A stretch of 64,000 nucleotides of DNA from Raillietiella orientalis (Eukaryota). A program made the position numbers and the translations under genes. The stretch covers positions 372,001 to 436,000 of the forward strand of contig JAYWIR010000052.1 of NCBI GenBank assembly GCA_036172245.1. Direction: 5' to 3'. The notes below the pieces were generated by a model. The model was not told the origin of the DNA. It was given only the letters and a program-made list of their open reading frames with translations, and searched no databases. This document shows, piece after piece, positions 38,750-47,573 of the stretch. Every line of letters starts with the position of its first letter. Positions within the stretch are counted from its first letter, which is position 1.

Positions 38750-40516
38750 CCATTTCTATACCCTTTCTGGCACGACTGAGGAAACAGCACGACGCTGCCC
38801 GGATCGGGGAGCAGCGTCTTCGATGGAATCCTCATCGGGCTCATCGGGTTTTTCAAAGGTGGTAACTTGTTCGGGAAGGGTGAATGAACGTATTGCGGCC
38901 AATCGCAACCGCTCTCATTTTCCTCAAGGGAGGGAGACGCTGGTCCAAAGTTTTGCTTCAGAGAATGACCCTGGAGACAATTTTGTGGATTGCTCTTGGT
39001 AATTCACGGTTTTCCAAATCCATGTTGAAGACTGCTGCCGTCAGTCTTCAACATTCTTGCTCTTTTCGAACACCAGTGGCAAAGGGTTGTTCCAGCGCAC
39101 GGAATGGGTGTGAGCTCGTTTCTGTACCTTCAGGTGCAGAAACTCGAGAGTGCTCGCTCGCAAAAATCCCGAACAGTGTCAATGCTGTTTCTCCGGACCT
39201 CAGACACGTAGAATGCGAGCGCACCCACCATGTCACACGACGGAAAAGGCAGAGCTTGCCACGAAGCACGAAGAGCACACGTAAGAACTCGTTGCTGATG
39301 CCCGCGGGATCTTCCAAGCCATCTTCTTTTCGGCGCCACATTTGGGTATCTTGGTGCACGATAAAAACAAAAAAACACACGAAAAAAACCTTTACTGGGT
39401 AAACCTTTGCAAGCAGTCTCCAGAAAATTCATTTCGTTGTGGCCTCGCAGCCTATGGCTCCCTCAGTTTAGAGGACCGGCAGGATGTTTGATTATGGAAC
39501 GTGCAAAATACGTCTTTTCAGCAGCTCTAATCTCTCGTGAGCCCAATAAAGAATCGATAGCACTTATCTTCAGAGACAACGATCTTTAATCTCATGCCCA
39601 TCGGGACTCTCAGAGTAGAAAAAAGTTCAACCAACACACGGTAAAATTAAGCTCGGTCATGCTGTAACCAAAAGGGTTGGAACCAGCGAATTGAGCCCAT
39701 CTCCTCCGCACTCAAGTGTCACCTTGCTGGACCATCCAGGGAAACATTTCAAGCAATAGTCGTAAATACAATTCGACAAGGCAACAAGTCAAGAAACCAT
39801 CTGGACTTGTTGCCTTTCAACTGCTCACCTATGAAAACAAAACCTCCACTTGCATGAATAATAAAATCAAGTTAATTGCCTGCATGTTTATCATCTCCTG
39901 CGAGCGAATCATCCATCAGGAATTCTGTTGACAGAATTCCTGATGAGCAAGGCAAATAAAGAGGAGTGCCGCCTCGTTGGCCGAACGAGCGGCGGCAGAG
40001 TCTTGCGACTGCGAGGTAAGGGGAGCCCACCCCATCTCTTGGAAAGTGGGTGCCTGCCTGCCCTTCGCTGTTTCGACAGCAAGGCGGGCGCTCGAGAAGG
40101 GAGGCCATCCGGGGATGGAAGCTGAGAACGATGACCTACGCAGCGGAAATCTACGAAAAATGCCACTGGCGTTTCCGCCACGTTCACAGTCATGGCGGGG
40201 TCGACGCGCACGGTTCTTTTCATCCTGGGGAACCCCTACGAATGTGCGGCACTTCCAGGCTTTCCTGGCGCGTCTGGACCCCTCCGTTGTCTGCACGGGT
40301 TTCTGCTGCGAGTCCTGTGACACGGAGGAGGAGGAGAGGAGCGGCTGCAACAACTTCTTCCGTGCCTTTCGGAGCCACCGCCGAGGTTCACTCCGTTACA
40401 GAATTCCACTTTACGTGGATGACCACTCAGTCGCCGCCGCCGTACGGCTTCGCACACCCAGCACACACGAGGCGCCCGTCCCGGTGTATGAGCATCTCTT
40501 TTCGACTGTGGTGTGA
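38750..40516 (+). CDS. Putative multi-exon orphan gene with no recognisable domain. Candidate exons 38750-38858, 38929-38998, 39134-39280, 39935-40015, 40080-40516; may start further upstream (~36.9-38.5 kb)
   Basis: Phase-compatible GT-AG chain without stops. It includes 64-nt and ~70-nt introns that match the short-intron size seen in the two confident genes. No homology recognised. Confidence 0.3.
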
Positions 40517-42141
40517 AATGCGGACAGCAGACCCCGGCTGCTCGTTTGACTTGCCCGGTCTTGGGGGGCCACCTCTTCGCGCTCACGCCTGGTTTGTTTT
40601 GCACAGACGATCCCAAATATTTACGTGGCGTGCGGTTTTGCGTGCTTCGTCGTTCCAGTGCAGCCGTTAAACTCCAGAGAAGCTCGCCGACGGTCGCAAC
40701 GGACTTGAGCATCCCGGAGGAAACGACACGGACCGGTGGCGGTGGTGGTAGCAGCACGGGGATTACCAATCCCGGCTGCCAGGTGATGGCAACGGAACTT
40801 CCTCTGTCAGCTGTTTCGCAAAAACTCACCTACCATTAACCAAATACAACAGCAAACGGTTTCAAAGGATACCGTGAATTTTAAGCGCTCCACGGAGGAA
40901 AAGACGGACGTTTCCACGACAGCTTTGGATGAAGGTGACGCCCGATTTCAATCCTGAGCACGATCGAGATTTCGGTCCTAACAGACCGCAGGGGTTGTCG
41001 ACAAGAAGAACCGTTTGCAAGAGATGAAGCTGACGGAAAATCCCTGAGGCATAAAGTCAGCCATCCACGGTGTTATGAAACAAACGCTGTGGACGGCTTG
41101 TCGCTCTCGGCTTCCTCTGGAAATGCCTTCGTGGGCTCCTTGCCAGGGGTGCCTCACCAAAGGCTTCTCGTATTCTTCCTGCGGTACACACGCCAAAGAA
41201 GAAAAAACCTTTCCCGTAGGCCATCACGGAAACCGCAGATGCGATAAACATCATTTCGAGTCCCAACGCAATCAGTAGCGATAAACAAACAGTTCTGCGT
41301 CATAATTGATGAGCAGGACTCGGGGGGGGGGGGGGTCAATATCTGCATCTCGTTTGCATAAAAAGTGACCTCCGCCCCAGATAACATGCAAAGTATGCAA
41401 GATTAGAGCTCCCAACTCGTGTAGGTCCTGGAGCTGCCACATAAGAACAAGATATTACCCATGCTGGAAAAAAATAAAAATAAAAATCTCCTCAAGTGCT
41501 ACCTGCAGGGGCAAAAATGCTGATATTCCTTGTCAACTTTGACCTTCCCAATTAAGGGCACACATGCAAAATATCACCAAGCAGGAAAACACACAGAAGA
41601 CATGCACACAATTCCTTTTTTCCTGCAGAATCCAAACCATAAAAATAAAGAAATCCACTGGACATGCACGGTTGGCTTACACATGTATGTGCAAGGAGCT
41701 GAACTTCCACCGTCACTGAATTCACAGTGGCACACAATGCAGTCATTTGACTGCATTGTGTGCCACTGTGAATCACTTCATAATCTGATAGTGCACATAA
41801 ACACACACACTGCCATAAAGTTCTACAGCAAGATTGCATCAAACAGAAAATTCAAAAACACGTTGCAATGCAAGAAGACACTTCAGTGAGATTGCAAGTC
41901 AAAAAAAAAGGGTCAAAACCTTTCCACATACTCATGTGGGGGGATGCAGGAGGAATCTTTTTCCCTGAGAAACTGCCATTTTCCCATGCACCCTTCCCTG
42001 TTGATCCCCCTTCCCCCCCCCTCCAGTTTGATTAGTCAAGTGGGGGAGGTGGGAGGAGGAAAGGTACAGAATGAAGGGGAGGGCTACTTGCACTCCTGAT
42101 CATCTTCGATATCTTTTGCAAGAAGAATCCACAGCAGATGC

Positions 42142-42437
42142 TCAGAATTCAACTGCTTTGCTCTGATGGGGCAGGTCTTGCCTTGATTTGTCTGGGCTTT
42201 CTTCCTTCAGAGAGATGAGTAGTAACATGCTAACAAAACAAATTCTTGCTGCTGCACGTTCCCGTGAGTTGTTTCCTAAAGTCTCAGGCATTTATACCCC
42301 TGACGTGTAAAATGAAGGTGTGCCCATGGAGATTGATGCCCATTTTCGAATACAGTCAAGAACCCAAGTACCTTTTTCACACCTGCCAGCTTTCCCAGGT
42401 ATTCGTCATTTAGAGCCTGAATTCCGTGCACGGGGAC
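42142..42437 (-). CDS. Putative 3' exons of a small spliced gene (42437-42372 VPVHGIQALNDEYLGKLAGVKK; 42204-42142 EESPDKSRQDLPHQSKAVEF*)
   Basis: Good acceptor (T-run..ATTGCAG) and AAG|GTACTT donor, phase-0 join. The upstream exon could not be resolved. It lies head-to-head with the tRNA-Glu(CTC) gene. Confidence 0.3.
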
Positions 42438-42990
42438 CTGCAATTCGAATGTAAAAAAAGAGTTGACCATCTGGGGAAAACAAAAACAAAAAACAAAAGG
42501 CAGCCTTAACTGAATCGCCTCGCAAAATCTCCATTTGCATAAATATTTTCCCGCGGTGAACGTGGCTTTCTGAGTTCGCGAGTGATTTTCCTCATTTTTG
42601 CCACGATCTTTATGGTAAATAGTGGTACATGAAAACAGAGAACAGGGAATTCGTTCACAACGAGGGAACGAGCAGCCGCCACGCGGAGGACTTCGGCAAC
42701 ACTGCAGAGGAAAACACGGAAAATAAATAAATAGATGGAGGGGAGCTGCACACTGCTTGCTGCACCTCCCACATACACATGGAAAATGCAGCTTTCTTCA
42801 TCCGATTGATTGCAATTCGTAACTGCACGCGTTCTGCATCTTTGCTTCTTTCAGCTTCCGCCGGCTACTCTCGCACGCGGCCGGCCCGAAAACGTGTTCC
42901 AGATTTTGCCCCGGGCGATGGCACGGGAGAGAAACGTTCTCTGAGAAACCAACTTCCTTATTATACCGAAAGGGAGCTTTGTTAGGTATA

Positions 42991-43062
42991 TCCCATGTGG
43001 TCTAGTGGTTAGGATACCTGGCTCTCACCCAGGAGGCCCGGGTTCAATTCCCGGCATGGGAA
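42991..43062 (+). tRNA. tRNA-Glu (anticodon CTC at 43024-43026)
   Basis: Complete cloverleaf: TCCCATG/CATGGGA acceptor stem, CCTGG/CCAGG anticodon stem, CCGGG-TTCAATT-CCCGG T-arm, intact A and B boxes. Confidence 0.97.
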
Positions 43063-44282
43063 GTTGCCTTCGCGGAAACAACGCGGTGCTTATTTTTGCG
43101 CGTCACCGCCCGTCCCGTGCGTGCGTGCGCGCGCGCGCGCGCACCTTTTCTTTCTTTCTTTCATTCATATTCGTTCCGCCTTTTGCTCGAAATGAGGGAA
43201 GGATTTTGCCTTCCTCGCCCTTCACCCGCCCCGTACGCGAGGTGCCACCATTCGCGTTTCCATGACGCCACGTGACACTTGCTAATCTGATAGTGCGCGT
43301 AAAGCGCACTGCTGCGAGATTTACGGCAAGATTTATAGACAGCGCGTGGTACGTGGCAGGACAGCGTGCTCGCTCAGGCACGTCCGCTTCGCACGCGAAC
43401 CGAACCCTGCGCGCACTCGCGGAGTGCAGGTGCGCACACGGCGCGCGCCAGCGCGCGCGACGGTCGAAAGCGAAAGCGTTCTGAGCTGCCCGCCCTTCGG
43501 CGTCTCCTCTCGGTTGGCCGGCACCTTGGCTGCACCATCTTGCCCCCTCCCTCCCCTCACCCCTCCGCCCCTCTTGCAGGCGGACCCCTCGTTTGGGCGC
43601 GGTTTGGCTTCGAGAACTTTCCTGCCCGCGTTTACCCCGGGCTGGTGCCTGCTTCCGCTCCCGGGACCACCGCCTTCCTGAGGACGCGAGCGGAGTGACT
43701 GGGCGGCGAGCGCTCTTCGTCTGGATCGCCGCCCGCCCCCTCGTCGAGGCGCGGACGCTGCTGGCGCGCAGGGAAAAAGCCTTCCGGTGACCTCCGATCG
43801 GGGCCATTCCGGGATCCTCTTCCGCCATCTTCCCTCCCCCCTTCCTCGCTTCCGGAATCGACGTCCTGCCCTGCCCCGCGGCCACACGGCGCGCAACACT
43901 GCGCAAGGAGCTCCTTTTCTTCGAAGGGTCATCGGGGCGGGCGCGTCAGGCGTTCGTCTGTCCCCTGACTCGTTCCTTGCCCGCCCTCCGTCCGACGGCC
44001 CAACCCCGGGGAGCAGGCAGGCACCCAATGAGGTGCTTCGAATTTCACTTCCGGTACTGCAATGCATTTCCGGTGCACCCTCCCAAGGTGAGGCAACTGG
44101 CCTCCTTCCTTGGAAGTCCCCCCCTCCCCTGATGCGCCGCCTCCCCGCGAGCTGGGGTCCCAGAGGCAGGAAGGTCTGGGTTGCCACTCTGTAAGTGCGC
44201 CCAGAGGGCGATGGGATCCTTTCGGGTTCTTCCGCTTCCACTGCTTTCCGTATGGTTACGGTGGTCTCCGCGCGTGGCACCA

Positions 44283-45139
44283 TGCGTCGTGGGTTCAGAG
44301 TTCACCCCACAAGATGACGCTGGTCGGCCTACATTCATCCGGGTGCGGCACTGGTAGCGGTTAAAACCGGATGCCCCCTATGAGGGCCGGGACAAATGGG
44401 AGTCGCCCTCCTAGGTCTTCCAGGAATCAAGGAGTAGGGAGTTTCCCCCCCTCGGTTGTGAAGGAGGGGACTCCATTCCGGGAAGGACCCCTCCGTGTCG
44501 TACTGATAGAGTAGGTGTGTCGCCACCACCTATCCTGGGAGTGCAGAGACGCGAGCCGATCCCTTCGGGGAAGCTGCGCCCTTCAGAGAAATTTCGGAAG
44601 CTCCTCTTCGGGGTTCTATTCAGAAGAGTAAACAGGAGCGGATCCCTTTTGGGGGATCCCTCAGAAGAAATTCCAGGATCGGATCCCTTCAGAGAAGAAA
44701 GAATGAAGCGGACCCCCCCCCCGGGGGATCCTCCGGAGAGAATAAGGCAGGAGGATTCCTTTCTGGATTCCCCTGCGGAGACAACCAGGGTGGAGGTGAT
44801 TTCCATTTCCGGGGATTCCTCCCCAGGAGTGAGAGGAACGGACTCCGGGTTCTTCCTGGATTCATAGGGAGCATCCCTCCCAGGGTACTCCTTATCTTGA
44901 AGAATTACCCACCCTTGGGTGGCGTGGACAGAAAAGAAGGATTTCCATCATCCTAGGCCAATAGTAACGATCGTGAGGTCGCTACTCGCTATGGACTTTT
45001 AAAAGGACCCCGAAGGGTAGACTTCCGATCCCTGCCGGTCAGCGGGGAGGCTCCCGGCTTCCGCTAGTGCCGCCGCACCCGAATAGGCCAGCTGGCGTCA
45101 CCCTGCGGGGAACACACGGCGCACCCATTCCCATTTCTC
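44283..45139. mobile_element. Dispersed repeat, copy 2, with an inverted copy of its left end at 45006-45139 (degenerate ~130-bp inverted ends; MITE-like)
   Basis: 44283-44928 aligns with 6449-6986. The reverse complement of 45006-45139 (GAGAAAT..GGTGCGCCGT..CCCCGCAGGGTGACGCC..ATTCGGGTGCGGCGGCACT..TGACCGGC..CCCTTCGGGGTC) aligns with 6449-6590. Internal GGATCCCT(T)CAGA(G)AAGAAA subrepeats are present. No clear target-site duplication. Confidence 0.6.
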
Positions 45140-45145
45140 TTCCTT

Positions 45146-45260
45146 CCTTCTTGGCTGCCACGGGCAAGTGGATGCTTCCGTCGAGCCGCTGCTGCCGCGG
45201 GTGGAAGTCGGCGGCGTCCTCGTGGTTGTCGTGGGTGAAGAAGTCGTTCGTGCGCAAACA
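45146..45260 (-). pseudogene. Short inverted fragment resembling the linker and start of an SPDEF-type ETS domain
   Basis: Minus strand reads NDFFTHDNHEDAADFHPRQQRLDGSIHL, then a frameshifted WQ, resembling the GSxIHLWQ start of the SPDEF/Ets98B ETS domain. It is truncated at the inverted repeat end. Confidence 0.4.
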
Positions 45261-45769
45261 GGAAAAGTTCCTCCTCCCACAGGTCCGCCCCCCATCCTCG
45301 CTGCGCACGAAGAGGCGTGAGGGCGCCTCTTCCTGAGCGACGCCCTCACGCCGGACGCATCCCCAGCAGCACTCACTGTGCTGCCTACCTGCGATCGTGG
45401 CCGCATCGAGCAACTCCAGAGGAGGTCGGGACGACAGGGACGCAATCTATTTTGCCGTCCCCTTCATGAAAAGAGCGTCAACATGTCCCCATCTGGGGGT
45501 CTCGAAACAGGAACTTGCCGGCATCCTTGCAAGGATGCAGAGGACGCCCTCCAGCACCCGGTGATCCCTTCCCCAACCCTCCCATTTTTCGGACCGTATT
45601 TTATTTTATTTTTTCTTTCCGTTCGCCTCCCCTTCCCCCGTGCTGCCCAGGCGAACCCCGCTGGCCCGCGTGCCCGTTCCCGGCAGGTCCCTTCTCGTAG
45701 TTAGCAGTAACGTGGCAGGAGCAAACGCCATGCCACAGGCGTTCATTTTTTTTTTTTTTTTTTATAAAG

Positions 45770-46145
45770 AATCGCTCCGGCGTGACCGGATATCAACCCG
45801 TCCTCGTTCTCGGCGGAGCGGCACGCGCAGTCCCTGTCGCCCCTGGGCGCCAGCGGTCCCGGCTTCACGTCTTCCGACTGGGACGCCGCCTCGGAGAACG
45901 GAGACCGAGAAGACGAGCGCAAGAACAAAGCCCGCTCTCCCATCCACCTGCGGCAGCCGTCGGCCTGTAACCTAGCAGCAGCAGCAGAGCCCCTGCGTGA
46001 AGTGGATGGACAGGCAGAGCGGCGTCTTCAAGATCGAAGATTCGGTCCAGGTTGCGGAGCTGCGGGGGGTGAAAGGAAGAACCGTCCCGCCCTTAATTGC
46101 GACAAAGACCGATCCGCCAGAAAGGTATCATAAAGAAGAATGGGG
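45770..46145 (+). pseudogene. Degenerate SPDEF/Ets98B/ets-4-type ETS-domain pseudogene
   Basis: Successive frameshifted blocks: ..SDWDAASENGDREDERKNKARSPIHLRQ / SPCVKWMDRQSGVFKIEDSVQVAELRGV / KNRPALNCDK / IRQKGIIKK. Compare SPDEF [62 protein letters not shown]. Two conserved Trp codons read CGG, with deletions and frameshifts. Confidence 0.85.
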
Positions 46146-46639
46146 AAAAAGGAGGAGGAAGGGAGGAATGGGGGAGAAAAGGAGAAGGAGAAAGGGAGGA
46201 AGAAGAAGAGAAAGAGGAGGAGAAAGGGGGGAGGAAGTGTAGAAAAGTAAAGAGCGAAAAGAAAGTGATCCGCACTCGACGTCCGCAGGCCAACCACCAT
46301 CATCCTCGGATCACTGTTTTTCTTTCCCTCCGGCTGAGCGCAGGCTGCTAGGTCGGGCAGCAGGCGACGACCCAGCAGGGAATTGTCCGGGAACGCCAAG
46401 AAACCCTGCGAAAACTCCAGGTAGCCCGCTTGGCGCAGACCGCCAGGAGCCATTCAGACGGACGGCGGACCACCAGGAAACGTAGAAAAAAACGCTTTCG
46501 CTTTCATACTCAGGAGCAATCCACTCCGTGGACACATCCGGCGCGGACGCGCCACCGGAAACGAATTCCGATGTCCGCAGGCGAGCGGCTGGATACTCTG
46601 GAACGCCCCGGGTGTTGTCGCTCCGGGCGCCTGCGTCGG

Positions 46640-47380
46640 AGGCACCCATGCTGGAACTGGGACGATGAGGAAGTCATCTGTCTGGACCTTGCGAGAGGGT
46701 TACGCTCGTGGTCGCTATGAGCTCCGCACCCTTCTTCAAGGCAGGAAGGAATCACTGCACTTCCTCCCTGGGGAGGAAACGCCCCGGTCAAGAGTGGTCC
46801 AGGACCCTTTCCCCTTAGGGCAGTTGAGGTGCTCCTTCCTGGTGGGAGACCCTGCCCCGAGACCTAACCTTTCCTTCCCCGCCTGGCCGCGCCCGTTGGG
46901 AACGGCGCTCGCGGGAGGCGTCGGGGCGGCGCGGGAGGACTCCGCAGTCGAACTCTCACCTCGAGGAGGTGCGCCCAGATGAGCGGCCAGAAGGCTGTTC
47001 TAAGGAACCAGGAGGCTGGTCCTGCAAGGCGGCGTGCAGCCGCCTTGCAGGACCCGGCGTCCATTCCCAGACCTCAGGTCCCACTCGGGTGCTGCAGGGA
47101 GAGGGTGGAGTGGTCACTCTAGATGCCTCCTGCCACGCCCCCCCCCCCCTCCCTCGGAAGCTCCCCAGAGGCGTCGGAGGGGTCGGTAAGAGGATGCGAG
47201 CGCCGGTGCAGTTCGGAGGAAGCCCAGCGTGGGTGCGGGGGGCGCTGACGCGGGGTCCCTGGCGACGCGTGCTGAGAGAGACCCAAGTCCCGCGGCACCT
47301 GGAGGAACGCACCAGCGGAGACGATATGGAGAGATGCTGCAGCATCCACTTCTCCTGCAGCATCCTTTATAGTCACCCAG
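46640..47380 (+). pseudogene. Possible further decayed SPDEF-like copy (Pointed/SAM-like remnants, then a remnant ETS start)
   Basis: HPCWNWDDEEVI / WTLRE / ESLHFLPGEE / NSHLEEVR loosely follow the PNT pattern (DPxxW..V..W..E..L..EE..SHLE), and CSIHF..LYSHP at ~47340 resembles SIHLWQFL. The match is weak and by eye. Confidence 0.3.
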
Positions 47381-47381
47381 G

Positions 47382-47573
47382 GACATCGGCTGCAGAGCTG
47401 CAACCTCGCAGGGAGGTGACCTCGTCTGTGGAGCTGTGACCTCTCTAAGCGATGACCTCGGCCATGGAGCTTCAATCTCGTAGGAAGGTGACCTCGTTTG
47501 CGAAGCTGTGACCTCGTCTGTCAGCGACCTGATCTGCAGAGCTGTGACCTCGCCTGCCGGTGACCTCGGTTGC
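47382..47573. repeat. 36-bp minisatellite, about 5.3 copies
   Basis: Units start at 47382, 47418, 47454, 47490, 47526 and 47562, consensus about GACCTCGTCTGCxGAGCTGTGACCTCGxxxxxxGGT. The plus frame reads DL-x-C-x-AVTS-x-x-G with one TAG. Confidence 0.9.

Noticed and set aside
43277..43330. Imperfect hairpin downstream of tRNA-Glu(CTC)
   Set aside because: Large asymmetric bulges and no recognisable seed, so it does not fit pre-miRNA geometry.
47382..47573. 36-bp periodic repeat considered as a CRISPR array
   Set aside because: The units are contiguous with no unique spacers, no cas genes are present, and the context is eukaryotic.
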